NCBI GenBank assembly: GCA_963721805.1
Contig: CAVRJY010000001.1
Location: 224,001 to 288,000, forward strand
From: Nitrospirota bacterium
GTDB taxonomy: Bacteria; Nitrospirota; Thermodesulfovibrionia; Thermodesulfovibrionales; JdFR-86
DNA length: 64,000 nt
Reading direction: 5' to 3'
Made by a program: the position numbers and the translations under genes. Under the pieces are notes generated by a model. It saw only the letters and a list, made by a program, of their open reading frames with translations. It had not been told where the DNA came from and searched no databases. Every line of letters starts with the position of its first letter. Position 1 is the stretch's first letter. Of the stretch, positions 9,853 to 21,081 are shown piece after piece.

Positions 9853-11220
9853 ATGGAACTCCTGTATATCGGACTTTTAATCGGGGTATTAAGCGGGGCC
9901 GCGCTCGGATTTTTCGCGGCCGCATGGCGGACGTCCACGATTTACGCGCGTCGGCTCTCTGAGGTCGAGGCGAAGCTCGCGGACTCTAATGCCACTCAAG
10001 CGGCCTCCGCAGCCATTGCCGAGGAGCTGCGCCGCACGCTCGACGCGCGCTCCGGCGAGTGCGAGACCCTGAGGCAGAACCTGCTGAAGGAAGAGCGCGG
10101 CCGCGCCGAGGCCGAGACCCGGCTCGAGGACGCAGGGGAGGCGATGGTCAAGGAGCGCGCCCTGATCGACGCGATGGAGGAGAAACTCAAGGAGCGCTTC
10201 GGCGTGCTCTCTTTAGAGGCCCTGACGCGCAACTCCGAGGAATTCCTCAAGCTCGCGGCCAAGTCCCTCTCGGCCCAGACCGATATGGGCGCGAAGGAGC
10301 TCGAAGGCAAGAAGGAGCTTATAGACCAGAGCGTCGAGGGCATGGCCCGCCGGATGGCCGATATGCAGAAGCGCATCGAGGAGCTCTCGGCCGAGGGCTC
10401 GCGCCGGATGGTCGAGGTCTCGGGCGAGGTCAAGAAGCACGCCGAGGCGACGTTGAAGCTCTCCGAGACTACCGAACACCTGCGGCGGACGCTTGCGAGC
10501 TCGCGCAAGCGCGGCGAGTGGGGCGAGCGCATGGCCGAGGACATCATCAAGCTCGTCGGGATGATCGAGGGCATAAACTACATCAAGCAAAAAACACTCG
10601 ACACCGCGCGCACGCGGCCGGACTATACCTTCCTGCTCCCCAACGAGATGCGCATCAACATGGACGTCAAGTTTCCGATGGACCACTACGTGCATTACCT
10701 CGAGGCCACCACTGATATAGACAAGCGCCACCACCGCGAGGAGCTTATCAAGAGCGCGCGCGTCATGATCCGCGACGTAACGGGCCGCGAGTATATCGAC
10801 GCCGACACCGTGGACTACGTGCTCGTCTTCATCCCCAACGAGCAGGTCTACGGATTTTTAAACGAGTCCGCGCCCCAGCTCATGGACGAGGCGCTTTCAA
10901 AGAAGGTCATCCTCTGCTCGCCGTTTACGCTATACGCGGTGCTTGCGGTCGTGAGGCAGGCCGTGAGCAATTTTTCGCTGGAGCGTACGGCGTCCGAGAT
11001 ACTGCGTCTGCTCGGCGATTTCAACAAGCAGTGGACCGCGTACAAGGACCGTTTCGAGATACTCGGCAAGCGCATAGACGAGGCGCGGCGCGAGTACGAG
11101 AACATCTCGAGCACGCGGACGAATATGCTCGAGCGGCCGATGCGCAAGATCGAACTGCTCCGCGAGTCCACTCCGATGTCTGAAGCCGCAGCCCCCGCTA
11201 AGGATCTGCTTGAATCTTGA
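9853..11220 (+). CDS. rmuC: DNA recombination protein RmuC
   Basis: N-terminal TM, coiled coil, RGEWGE, RPD...DVKFP and FIPNE motifs. Confidence 0.92.
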   Translation: MELLYIGLLIGVLSGAALGFFAAAWRTSTIYARRLSEVEAKLADSNATQAASAAIAEELRRTLDARSGECETLRQNLLKEERGRAEAETRLEDAGEAMVKERALIDAMEEKLKERFGVLSLEALTRNSEEFLKLAAKSLSAQTDMGAKELEGKKELIDQSVEGMARRMADMQKRIEELSAEGSRRMVEVSGEVKKHAEATLKLSETTEHLRRTLASSRKRGEWGERMAEDIIKLVGMIEGINYIKQKTLDTARTRPDYTFLLPNEMRINMDVKFPMDHYVHYLEATTDIDKRHHREELIKSARVMIRDVTGREYIDADTVDYVLVFIPNEQVYGFLNESAPQLMDEALSKKVILCSPFTLYAVLAVVRQAVSNFSLERTASEILRLLGDFNKQWTAYKDRFEILGKRIDEARREYENISSTRTNMLERPMRKIELLRESTPMSEAAAPAKDLLES

Positions 11221-13118
11221 GGCCCTGCTCAAGCCCCACCTTCGGGGCTACGAGCACCGCACGAGCCAGGAGAAGATGGCCGACGCGGTGCTCGAGACGC
11301 TGCACCGCCGTGGCCGCCTCATAGTCGAGGCCGGCACCGGCACCGGAAAGAGCCTCGCGTACCTGATCCCCCTGATCGAGACGATCATAGAGGAGGACAC
11401 CCGCGCGGTCGTCTCTACTTACACCAAGGCGCTCCAGCGGCAGCTCTTCGTCAAGGACATCCCTCTGCTGGCCGAGCGGCTATATCCGGGGCTGCGCACA
11501 GCATTATGTGTCGGCAGCGAAAACTACCTCTGTCTCCGAAGATTGGAGCAGGCCAGAAACTTCGGCCTGTTTGAGAGCGACGCGCTGGAGTTCGACCGCC
11601 TGATGTCCTGGGCGCGCACCACGGACGACGGGATCAGGGAGGGCACCGGAGGGGCGCTCTGGCACACGGTATGCCGCGAGGGCGACTCGTGCATGGGCCG
11701 CGACTGCCGGTTCGCCAAACGCTGCTTCCACCAGCGCGCGCGCGAGCGCGAGCGCCGAAGCAATCTCCTCGTCATAAACCACCACCTGTTCTTCGGACAT
11801 CTCGCCACGGGCGGAAACCTCCTGCCGGAGTTCGAGCACGTCGTATTCGACGAGGCCCACGAGCTTGAGGACGTCGCTGCCAGCTACCTCTCGGTCGAGC
11901 TCTCGAACATGCGCTTGCGCTACGTGCTCAACTCCGTGATCAGCCCGCAGGGCAAAGGCGTGCTCACGCGGATGCGCTGGCTCGCGAGCTCCGAGGTGGC
12001 TCATTTAGGCTCGCTCGTCAACATAGCGCGCACCGCATCGGACGGCTTCTTCGCGGAGCTCGAGCGCCATGTGGGGCGCGGGACGGTGCGCTTTAGAGAG
12101 GGCGGGTTCATGGAAGACACGCTCTCGAAGCCGATAGCCCGCATCCAGCACGAGATCGAGGCGCTCGCGGAGCGCTCCTGCTGAGGACGAGGACCGCAAG
12201 GATTTAAACGCCACCGCGCTTAAGCTCAAGGCCATGGCGGTCGCGGCAGACGGGCTCGTGAACCTCTCGTTCGAGGACCACGTCTACTGGGCCGAGCGCT
12301 CCGGCCGGTATACCCGGCTCGTGGCCACCCCGGTCGACGTGGCCGGGATGCGCGTATTCGAGCCCCTTGGAAGCGCGATATTCACCTCGGCCACGCTCTC
12401 TACGGGCGGGAATTTCAAGTACACGAAGGAGAGGCTGGGGCTTGACGAGGCCAGGGAACTCCTGATCGGCTCGCCGTTTGAGTACGAGCGGCAGGCCCTG
12501 CTTTACGTCGACCCCGAGCTGCCCGGCCCCCAGAGCCCGGCCTATGAGCTGGCGGTGATCAAGCGCATCGGCGAGATAATCTCGATAGTGCGCGGCGGCG
12601 TGCTCGTGCTGTTTACGAGCCACGGGCTTTTGAACCGCGCGTACGATGCCGTTTCGGTCGAGGACATAGAGATCCTCAGGCAGGGCGATAAGGACAGCTA
12701 TGCGCTGATAGAGGAGTTCAGGGAGAGCAAGAGCGCCGCGCTCTTCGGGACGTATACGTTTTGGCAGGGCGTGGACGTGCCGGGCGACGCGCTAAGGTGC
12801 GTGATAATCACGCGGCTCCCGTTCGCGGTGCCGGACGACCCTGTAATACAGGCCCGTTTGGAGCGGTTAGAGGCCGAGGGCAAGGACCCGTTTTACCACT
12901 ACTCAGTGCCGGAGGCCGCGATCATGCTCAAGCAGGGCTTCGGGCGGCTGATCCGAAACGGCACGGATCGCGGAGTCGTGGCGATACTGGATTCAAGGAT
13001 CGCCACGCGCAATTACGGCAAGGAGTTCCTGAAGTCCCTGCCGCCCGCCAAGCGCACGAAGAGCCTCGCTGAGATCGCTGAGTTTTTCAGCCCGGACTCA
13101 TCGCAGGAGCCTTTTTAA
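11210..13118 (+). CDS. dinG: ATP-dependent DinG/YoaA-family helicase (apparent frameshift near 12180)
   Basis: EAGTGTGKS, DEAH, FWQGVDVPG and QGFGRLIR motifs split over ORFs 11210-12184 and 12234-13118; removing one base near 12180 joins them. Confidence 0.88.
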
Positions 13119-13128
13119 ACAGCCCCTT

Positions 13129-13320
13129 TTATTTTCCGGAATTGCGGATGATATTCGCGATGCTGCGGTCGTAGGTGCGCTCGGCCTCGGCGCTGAAGAA
13201 GCAGCCCGGTATCTCCCCGTTTTCCCTGTGATGCCTGACGCACTCGCAGCACTTGCCCCGCCGCTCGCAGGGATAAGTGCAGGTGCAGCCCTTAAGGTTT
13301 ATGTCCACTCTGCATTCCAT
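13129..13320 (-). CDS. Small Cys-rich protein (DUF6485-like)
   Basis: CTCTYPCERRGKCCECVRHH...IPGCFF...ERTYDRS pattern. Confidence 0.7.
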   Translation of the reverse strand: MECRVDINLKGCTCTYPCERRGKCCECVRHHRENGEIPGCFFSAEAERTYDRSIANIIRNSGK

Positions 13321-13394
13321 GTTCTATGCCTGCTTTCCTCAGTAATATCAAGGGACGGTCATTGGTTTTATGGGAAGGGGCCAACTGGCCCCCC

Positions 13395-14729
13395 TTATTT
13401 TCCTATGCAGAACTCGCGGAAGATTATATCCAGTATGTCATCGACCCCTACTGCGCCGATGATGCGGCCGAGGCTGTCGAGCGCGTCGCGCGCATCTATC
13501 GCCACGACCTCAAGCGGCGCGCCCTCGCTCATAGCGGCCTGAGCCGCGCCTAGCCTTTGAGCCGCGATGTCTAATGCCTCTTTGTGCCTGAGGTTGCTTA
13601 CGACCACGCCCTCGGTCTGGGTGCCTGTGCATTTGGCGTATACCGCGTCGCGGAGCCGGTCGATCCCCTCTGTGGTGAGCGCCGAGACCCGGATGCCGCC
13701 GACCTCCGGGATGCATGCGATGTCCGTCTTGTTGAGCACGACTATATGCGGCCTTGCGGCGACGCGCGCGAGCACGACGCGGTCTTCGTCCGTGACCGCC
13801 ACCGAGGCGTCGAGCACCGCGAGGCTGATATCCGCGTCCTCTAACGCGCGGAGGCTCCGGCTGACCCCCTCCCGCTCGGCCATCTCGTGGGCCTCGCGCA
13901 TCCCGGCGGTGTCCATGATGCGCACCGGCAGCCCGCGTATCGCTATCTGCTCCTCGATCACGTCACGCGTCGTGCCCGGATCGGGCGTGACGATAGCGCG
14001 GTCGCGCCCGATCAGCGCGTTTAGCAGAGACGACTTCCCGACGTTCGGCCTGCCCACTATCGCGACCTTAAGCCCTTCGCGGTAAAGCCTGCCCTCGGCG
14101 CAGCTCTCGGAGAGTGCGCGGCACTCGGCCTCGATATCCGCCATCGAGCCCGCGATCTCCGCAAGCGCGCCGGGCGCGATCCCGTCTTCCGGGAAGTCTA
14201 TGTGTGCCTCGATATGCGCACAGGCGCGCAGGAGAGAATCGCGCATCGCATGTATCCGCTTCGACAGCCGTCCAGATAGCTGCTCAAGCGCGATGCGCCC
14301 GGCAGCGGACGTCCTGGCGCGTATCACGTCGAGCGTGGCCTCGGCCTGTATCAGGTCGATCCTTCCGCTCAGGAAGGCGCGGCGCGTGAACTCCCCCGGC
14401 TCGGCCATGCGCGCCCCGAGCCGCAGCATCAGCCCCAGCACGTCCGCCGTAGGCGCGATCCCGCCGTGGCAGTTGATCTCGACTATATCCTCCCGCGTGT
14501 AGGTGCGGGGGGCAAGCATCACCGAGACCAGCACCTCGTCGAGCGGGCCACCGTCCTCGACGATATGGCCGTGGTGGATGGTGTGGCTCGCGGCGTGGCT
14601 GAGGGCGCCCTCGGGCCGGAACGCGGCGTCCGCGATCTCGACCGCGCGCGGGCCGCTCAGGCGCACTATCGCGATCGCACCCTCGCCGGCCGCGGTCGAT
14701 AGCGCGGCAATTGTATCGCCGCCTGTCAT
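13395..14729 (-). CDS. mnmE: tRNA modification GTPase MnmE (TrmE)
   Basis: DTIAALST, GRPNVGKSS, GTTRD, DTAG, NKTD and C-terminal FCIGK. Confidence 0.96.
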   Translation of the reverse strand: MTGGDTIAALSTAAGEGAIAIVRLSGPRAVEIADAAFRPEGALSHAASHTIHHGHIVEDGGPLDEVLVSVMLAPRTYTREDIVEINCHGGIAPTADVLGLMLRLGARMAEPGEFTRRAFLSGRIDLIQAEATLDVIRARTSAAGRIALEQLSGRLSKRIHAMRDSLLRACAHIEAHIDFPEDGIAPGALAEIAGSMADIEAECRALSESCAEGRLYREGLKVAIVGRPNVGKSSLLNALIGRDRAIVTPDPGTTRDVIEEQIAIRGLPVRIMDTAGMREAHEMAEREGVSRSLRALEDADISLAVLDASVAVTDEDRVVLARVAARPHIVVLNKTDIACIPEVGGIRVSALTTEGIDRLRDAVYAKCTGTQTEGVVVSNLRHKEALDIAAQRLGAAQAAMSEGAPLEVVAIDARDALDSLGRIIGAVGVDDILDIIFREFCIGK

Positions 14730-14925
14730 ATAATATATTGCGTTCGGAATTCTCGCTCCACTCGTATTTCGAACGGGGCTCCGCGCGCATGGCGTATTGC
14801 CATGCGCCTGGGCAGGGGGCATAACTGCCATCCTGCACCCCCGTTTTGTAGGGTACCTGCAGCTTGCTGCAGGGAGCATTATTTTAATATAAAAACTACA
14901 TAAGCGGGGAGATTGTAAATTGGGG

Positions 14926-16059
14926 ATGCTGTTTGAGCCTGTAAATATAGGGCCCCTGAGGCTCGAAAACCGGATCGTGCGCGCCGCGACTTACGAAAAG
15001 CGCGCGGACGAAAACGGCTTTGTCACGGACTCGCTCGTCGACCTCTACGAGGACCTCGCAACCGGGGGCGCGGGCCTGATCATCACCGGCGCGGCGCTCG
15101 TGCACGTCTCGGGGCGCATGATCCCAAAGATGCTCTGCGCCCACAGCGACATATACACCGACGGCCTGAAGCGGCTCACCGAGGCCGTGCACGACATCGA
15201 CGGCCGGATCGCGCTTCAGATAGCGCACGGGGGGCGTCAATGTTCTCCGAGGATGCTCGGCGGGGAGGACAGCCTCGCGCCCTCGGCGGTATACGACCCG
15301 TCGACGCGCTCGACCCCGCGCGAGATGACAGTGCCGGAGATCTGGGAGATGGTCGAGGCCTTCGCGGACGCGGCCTGGAGGGCGCAGTACGCCGGGTTCG
15401 ACGCGGTCGAGTTGCACGCCGCGCACGGGTATCTGATAAGCAGCTTCCTCTCGCCGCACACGAACCGCCGCGACGACTACTGGGGCGGGGACGAGGAGCG
15501 GAGGTTCCACTTCATCGAGGAGGTCGTAAAGGCCGTCACCGAGACCGTGGGCTGGAATTTCCCTCTTCTGGTTAAGATGAACGCGGCCGACATGGTACCC
15601 GGCGGGCTCGAGCCGGAGGAGGCTGGCCGCATAGCGCAGAGGCTCGGGCCGATCGGCGTCGCCGCAATCGAGCTCAGCGGCGGCATGCGCGAGAGCGAGA
15701 CCCCGACGATCCGCCCCGGCATCAGCAAGCCCGGCGACGAGGCATACTTCCGGGCCGCATCGTGGGCGTTCAAGCAGGCCTCGACCGTGCCGATCATACT
15801 TACGGGCGGGATGCGCTCGCGCGCCGTGATGGAGGACGTCATAAGCTCAGGCGCCTGTGATATGGTCGGGATGAGCCGTCCGCTCATCCGCGAGCCCCTG
15901 CTCCCGGTGCTCATGCGCGACGAGGGCAAAGAGGCCGCGGACTGCACCTCGTGCAACAAATGCACGCGGTTTTTCAAGCTCAAGTACGTCAGGTGCAAGG
16001 AGATCCCGCCCCCGCCGGACGTCAACGAGGCCGAAGAGGACAAGGGCAGCTACAAATGA
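14926..16059 (+). CDS. NADH:flavin oxidoreductase (Old Yellow Enzyme family)
   Basis: [35 protein letters not shown], and C-terminal CTSCNKC. Confidence 0.9.
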   Translation: MLFEPVNIGPLRLENRIVRAATYEKRADENGFVTDSLVDLYEDLATGGAGLIITGAALVHVSGRMIPKMLCAHSDIYTDGLKRLTEAVHDIDGRIALQIAHGGRQCSPRMLGGEDSLAPSAVYDPSTRSTPREMTVPEIWEMVEAFADAAWRAQYAGFDAVELHAAHGYLISSFLSPHTNRRDDYWGGDEERRFHFIEEVVKAVTETVGWNFPLLVKMNAADMVPGGLEPEEAGRIAQRLGPIGVAAIELSGGMRESETPTIRPGISKPGDEAYFRAASWAFKQASTVPIILTGGMRSRAVMEDVISSGACDMVGMSRPLIREPLLPVLMRDEGKEAADCTSCNKCTRFFKLKYVRCKEIPPPPDVNEAEEDKGSYK

Positions 16060-16820
16060 TCCACGGCAAGAAGGTCATAGTCGTGATGCCGGCCTATAAC
16101 GCTGAGCGCACGCTCGAGATGACCTGCCGCGAGGTGCCGCGCGAGTACATAGACGAGGTCATCGTCGTGGACGACGCAAGCAGCGACCGCACCGCGGAGG
16201 TCTCCAGACGGCTTGACCTCCATACCATAGTGCACCCCCGCAACCTGGGCTACGGCGGCAACCAGAAGACCTGCTACCGCGAGGCGCTCGGCCGCGGCGC
16301 TGACGTGGTCGTCATGCTCCACCCGGACTACCAGTACACGCCCCGCCTGCTCGTCGCGATGGCCTCGCTGGTCGCCGTGGGGCAGTATGATATCGTCCTG
16401 GGCTCGCGCGTGCTCTCGGAGGGCGCGCTTCAGGGCGGGATGCCGCTTTACAAGTACGTCGCCAACCGCATCCTGACGCTCATCCAGAATCTGATATTAG
16501 GCAAGAAGCTCTCGGAGTACCACACCGGCTACAGGGCCTTCTCCCGGCGGCTGCTCGAATCTCTCCCCCTGGGCGAGAACTCCGACGACTTCATCTTCGA
16601 CAACCAGATGCTCGCCCAGGCGATGTACTTCGGGTTTTCCGTGGGCGAGGTCTCATGCCCGACGAAGTACTTCCCCGAGGCCTCGTCGATCAGCTTCAGG
16701 CGGAGCGTGAAGTACGGGATAGGCGTGCTCTGGACCTCGGCCCTCTACAGGCTCAACAAATTGGGCCTCGCGAGGAGCCGCATATTTTCGGCGGGCGGCA
16801 GGGGGCTCGCCGAGGGTTGA
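16056..16820 (+). CDS. GT2 glycosyltransferase, polyprenol-phosphate glycosyl synthase (DPM1-like)
   Basis: [36 protein letters not shown]; start overlaps the upstream stop. Confidence 0.88.
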   Translation: MIHGKKVIVVMPAYNAERTLEMTCREVPREYIDEVIVVDDASSDRTAEVSRRLDLHTIVHPRNLGYGGNQKTCYREALGRGADVVVMLHPDYQYTPRLLVAMASLVAVGQYDIVLGSRVLSEGALQGGMPLYKYVANRILTLIQNLILGKKLSEYHTGYRAFSRRLLESLPLGENSDDFIFDNQMLAQAMYFGFSVGEVSCPTKYFPEASSISFRRSVKYGIGVLWTSALYRLNKLGLARSRIFSAGGRGLAEG

Positions 16821-18565
16821 CCGCCGGAGGGGACATCACACGCGGCCGCCTGCTGCTGTGCGCGCTCGCTGCCGCGGCTTTGGCCTTCGCGCTCTATAGC
16901 GCATCCCTGGGCGGGGCGTTCATAGTCCCGAACGACTACGCGTACGTCAGGGACAACCCCGCGATGGCGCTCCCCCCCGCGGAGTTCGCCCGCTGGGCCT
17001 TCTCCACCTTCGAGCTCTCGGCCTGGCAGCCGCTCACCTGGATCTCCTTCAGGATTGACCATGCCCTCTGGGGCGCTAACCCGCAGGGGTATCACCTCAC
17101 CTCGGCGCTCATCCATAGCCTTAACGCGTTTCTCGTGACCCTGCTGTTTGGCGCTCTGATCCGTGCGGCACGCACTGATGCCCGGGAGGGCGGCTATGCC
17201 GGGGCGCTGATAGCCGGGCTGATGTTCGCCTCGCACCCGGCGCTCGTAGAATCAGTGGCATGGATATCAGGGCGCAAGGTGCTGCTGTCGGCCGCGTTGT
17301 GGCTCGGCTCTGCGCTTATATACCTGAAATACACCGGGCGGCGCAACCCATTTCTATATCTGGCGAGCCTCGCGTCTTTCGCCCTCGCGCTCATGAGCCA
17401 GCCGATGGCCGCCACGCTCCCGGTCGCGCTCCTGATACTCGACCGCTATCCGCTCAGGCGCGGCCCTTGGCGCATGATCCTGGTCGAGAAGGCCCCGTTT
17501 GCGCTGCTGGGCCTCGCCTCGGGCGCGGTGGCGTATGCCGCGTACAAAGACGCGCTTTCGGGCATGACGCCGCCTGGCTGGGGCTTCAGGCTTCTGGACG
17601 CGGTACGGGCGCTCGGGCATTACATGGCCAAGACCGCGGCCCCGGTAGGGCTCTCGGCGTTCTATCCCCAGCCGATGGGGGGCTCCACGGTCAACGCCGG
17701 ACATGTCGGCGCGGCTGTCGCGGTGCTCGCCGTGAGCCTCGCGGCACTGCTGACGAGGAGGAAGTTCCCGGCGGTCATCGCGGGCTGGGCGTTTTTCATC
17801 GTGACCCTCCTGCCCGTGCTCGGGCTCATCCCCACCGGGCTTGCGGCAGCGGCGGACCGGTACATGTACATCGCGCTGCTCGGGCCACTTGGAGTTATAG
17901 CGGCATATGGCTGGCGCGGGCGCAAGTCCCGCATGGCGGCCGCGGCGCTGGTTGGCGCGCTCTGCGTGCTCTGCGTCGTCCAGATACGCGTATGGCGCAC
18001 GGGCGAGACGCTCTGGGAGCACAGCCGAGAGCTCTATCCTAACGACGCGCAGCCCTATGCCGAACTGGGCCTCTCGGCGATGGCCGGGGGCAGGACGGCC
18101 GAGGCGCTCGCCCTCCTTGACGACGCGGTTAAGATCGAGATCGAGACGGTCACGAACTCCCCGAGGCTGTCCTGGCTCTATGCGGCCAGGGCCGACGCCC
18201 TGATGTCCGGCGGCGAGTACGAAAAGGCCGCGATCGATTACTCGGCCGCGATACGGATAAAGGACTCTTATGACATCTATTACATCAAGCGCGCCGTGGC
18301 GTATTCCGCTCTGGCCGAGTGGGACCGCGCGATCCAGGACCTCAGGCGGGCCGTCGCGCTGCGGCCCGGCAATGCCGGGGCCTGGGGCATGCTCGGGGAT
18401 GCGTGGCTGAAGCGGGCGGATTACGCCCGGGCGGCCGATGCCTTCACGAAGGCGCTCGCGCTGCGGCCCGGCGACCGCGCGTTTCTGGAGGGCCGCGCCG
18501 AGGCCTATGCCGGGATGGGACGGCCGGATCTGGCGGGCGAGGACCGGCAACAGGGCCGGCGGTGA
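16817..18565 (+). CDS. TMTC-like GT-C membrane glycosyltransferase with C-terminal TPRs
   Basis: [33 protein letters not shown] and ADRYMY motifs, about 11 TM segments, then TPRs; TTG start overlaps the GT2 stop. Confidence 0.8.
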   Translation: MTAGGDITRGRLLLCALAAAALAFALYSASLGGAFIVPNDYAYVRDNPAMALPPAEFARWAFSTFELSAWQPLTWISFRIDHALWGANPQGYHLTSALIHSLNAFLVTLLFGALIRAARTDAREGGYAGALIAGLMFASHPALVESVAWISGRKVLLSAALWLGSALIYLKYTGRRNPFLYLASLASFALALMSQPMAATLPVALLILDRYPLRRGPWRMILVEKAPFALLGLASGAVAYAAYKDALSGMTPPGWGFRLLDAVRALGHYMAKTAAPVGLSAFYPQPMGGSTVNAGHVGAAVAVLAVSLAALLTRRKFPAVIAGWAFFIVTLLPVLGLIPTGLAAAADRYMYIALLGPLGVIAAYGWRGRKSRMAAAALVGALCVLCVVQIRVWRTGETLWEHSRELYPNDAQPYAELGLSAMAGGRTAEALALLDDAVKIEIETVTNSPRLSWLYAARADALMSGGEYEKAAIDYSAAIRIKDSYDIYYIKRAVAYSALAEWDRAIQDLRRAVALRPGNAGAWGMLGDAWLKRADYARAADAFTKALALRPGDRAFLEGRAEAYAGMGRPDLAGEDRQQGRR

Positions 18566-18620
18566 GACGCGCTCCGGGTTGCTTTTTCGATGTCCGGCTG
18601 GATATGATCAATTAAGTGAC

Positions 18621-20996
18621 ATGCTGAGAAAAAAGACCGCCTTGACCGCTCTGCTGCTGCTGTTCGCCTGCGTTTTATGGGGCTGCGCCTCCGAAGGGAC
18701 GAGTCCCGCCTCCGCAGCCGCTAATTCCGGCCTTCCGCCCATTCCGCTTAAGGTTGCCGTCGTGTATAACGGGGCATCGTTCATCCACACCGCATTGGAT
18801 ACCGACCATGACATGGGCGCCGTGGACTATCAATACTCGCTCAACGCCGGCGCGATGATCATGCGCGACCTCCGCAAGCGCGTGCCCCACATGTTTTCGG
18901 ACGTGATATTCGTCCCCGACATCTCGGACCTGAAACCCGGATACCTGGCCCTTATCCCCCAGGACATCGACATAAGGACGGAAAACGACAAGATCAGGAA
19001 ATTCATCAGGTGCGAGAGCGAGACCTACCCGATAAGGGCGCTGGTCACGATGTCGCTCGTGCTGGCCATGCCGGACGGGACGCCGGTCGTCTCGCATTCG
19101 GCCTCCGTGATCGAGGAGCGCATCGAGGACTGGCCGCTATACTGCAACGGCCGGACCCAGGTCGGCGGCGCCGAGGAGTCGGACTACCGCAACCAACTCG
19201 AGGCCGCGCTCGACAGCGCCCTCTCGAGGCTTGAGACGCGCCTCAGGTCCTCAGGCTCGATCATGTTTTACCGCGAGCTCTCGGCCTCGATGCCGCCTGA
19301 GGATTTCGCCGAGCGGTGGCGGCATTCGGTCGTCGTCGAGGCGCTGCCGCCTTCGGTCGGCCGCATCATCGACGCCCAGCCCTTCGTGACCGTGGCCCAG
19401 GACGTCCAGTCGCGGATGGACGCTTACCTCGCGCCCCGCGCGAGCGCGGCCAGGAGGCGGGCGATACCCCAGGCGATTAGGCGGCCGGCCATCCCGGTCC
19501 CGGCCGGCCTCGAGGACCAGTCCGACTCGGACTCACAGCCGCAGCAGGATGAGGACCAGGACCTCGAAGGCGACTTCGAGGACCCGGGGGCAGCCACCGG
19601 CGTCATGCCCGAGCAGCGCGAATTCCGCCTGCAGCGGCTTCAGGAACAGTTCCGCACCGCCGTGGAGAGGCGCAACTCGACGATTGCCGGCATAAGGGAC
19701 GCATACCAGAGGGAGATCGCCTCCATAAACGCGGAGCAGGAGGCCAAGAAGCGCAACGCCGAGAACAAATACGTCGAGTTCGCCCGCTCGAGCATCAACG
19801 AGGCGATGGAGGGCGTTTTCGTCAAGGATTCCGCGTACGAGGACGGGGCGCTGATGGTCACGTTCGCCGCCAACAGCGCGCTCTATGAGATCAGGCTCAG
19901 GTTCCCGATGTCGGCCGGGGAGGCCTCGGCCGTGAAGTCCTCGGCCGCGCCCCCGACGCCGCTTTTCGAGTTCGCGGTCAGCCCCCAGGGCGTCTCGGTC
20001 CGCAGCGCCCGGCTGTACTCAGGCCCGAAGACCTATTCCGCCGTTATACCGGACTCGGAGAAGACAATAGTCGCCCTCGATACGAAGTTCAACTTCAAGA
20101 CCCTCGCGTACACCGACCGCGATGCGGCCGAGTTCGCCCTGCAGGACCCGAACCTCCTGGACCCCTACCACTCCCAGGTCGTCGTGCCCGGCTATTCGGA
20201 CGACGTCACCCCGGAGGGCTTCACCGAGGACCTCGTGACCGCGATCAGGGACGGCGAACCGCGGGCCCAGTCGCCCGACCGCTGGCTCGTGGCTATCGGG
20301 ATCGAGAGCTACCTTAAGGCCGACCGCATACTGTTTGCTGACAGGAGCTACACCTACCTCCTCGATGCCGCGCAAAAGGCGTTCGGGATAAGGCGGGACC
20401 ATGTCCTGGCGCTCGCGGACCGGCAGGCGACCTCCGAAGCTATCGGCTCGCTGACCTCGGAGCTCGCCGCCAAGGTCAAGCCTGGGGACACGATTTACTT
20501 CTATTACAGCGGCCATGCCGTGAGGGAAGAGTCCGGGGGCGACCGCATCTACCTCCTGCCGGTCGACCTCTCGCCCGACGACGCCACTGCCGTAGGCCGC
20601 CTCGCGCTAGACTCGATATTCGACAAGATGCTCGAGTCCAAGCCCGCGCGCATAATCGCGTTTCTGGACGCGGGCGTTGGCGGAAACACGGACCGCGTGG
20701 CCGTCATGAAGGGCGTACGCCGCAACCGGGCCCTCAAGGTCCGGCCTCCGGCTGACCCGGCCGTCATCACGCTCGTCACGGCCTGCCGCCCGGAGCAGTC
20801 CGCAAACATATATGCCGAGAAACGCCACCGCATGTTCTCGTACTTCCTGATCCGCGACCTCATGGCGCGCAAGCCCGAGGATGACCTGCCCGCCTTCCTG
20901 CACAAGCTCTCGGCCGATGTCACCGAGGCCACCTCCAAGAGGGAGCTCGGCTCGCAGACCCCCGAGGCGTTCGGCAATACAACGGGCCCGCTCTAA
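18621..20996 (+). CDS. Lipoprotein with C-terminal caspase-like (peptidase C14) domain lacking the catalytic Cys
   Basis: Lipobox LWG|C, coiled coil, WLVAIGIESY, YFYYSGHA, and FLDAG where DAC is expected. Confidence 0.7.
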   Translation: MLRKKTALTALLLLFACVLWGCASEGTSPASAAANSGLPPIPLKVAVVYNGASFIHTALDTDHDMGAVDYQYSLNAGAMIMRDLRKRVPHMFSDVIFVPDISDLKPGYLALIPQDIDIRTENDKIRKFIRCESETYPIRALVTMSLVLAMPDGTPVVSHSASVIEERIEDWPLYCNGRTQVGGAEESDYRNQLEAALDSALSRLETRLRSSGSIMFYRELSASMPPEDFAERWRHSVVVEALPPSVGRIIDAQPFVTVAQDVQSRMDAYLAPRASAARRRAIPQAIRRPAIPVPAGLEDQSDSDSQPQQDEDQDLEGDFEDPGAATGVMPEQREFRLQRLQEQFRTAVERRNSTIAGIRDAYQREIASINAEQEAKKRNAENKYVEFARSSINEAMEGVFVKDSAYEDGALMVTFAANSALYEIRLRFPMSAGEASAVKSSAAPPTPLFEFAVSPQGVSVRSARLYSGPKTYSAVIPDSEKTIVALDTKFNFKTLAYTDRDAAEFALQDPNLLDPYHSQVVVPGYSDDVTPEGFTEDLVTAIRDGEPRAQSPDRWLVAIGIESYLKADRILFADRSYTYLLDAAQKAFGIRRDHVLALADRQATSEAIGSLTSELAAKVKPGDTIYFYYSGHAVREESGGDRIYLLPVDLSPDDATAVGRLALDSIFDKMLESKPARIIAFLDAGVGGNTDRVAVMKGVRRNRALKVRPPADPAVITLVTACRPEQSANIYAEKRHRMFSYFLIRDLMARKPEDDLPAFLHKLSADVTEATSKRELGSQTPEAFGNTTGPL

Positions 20997-21081
20997 AACC
21001 GTCACAAATCCCTTCAGCCGGTCTGGCCCGCAATAGATTCCCGGCGCGGCCGGCCTGAAATGTTATAAAATACCCCCCATC

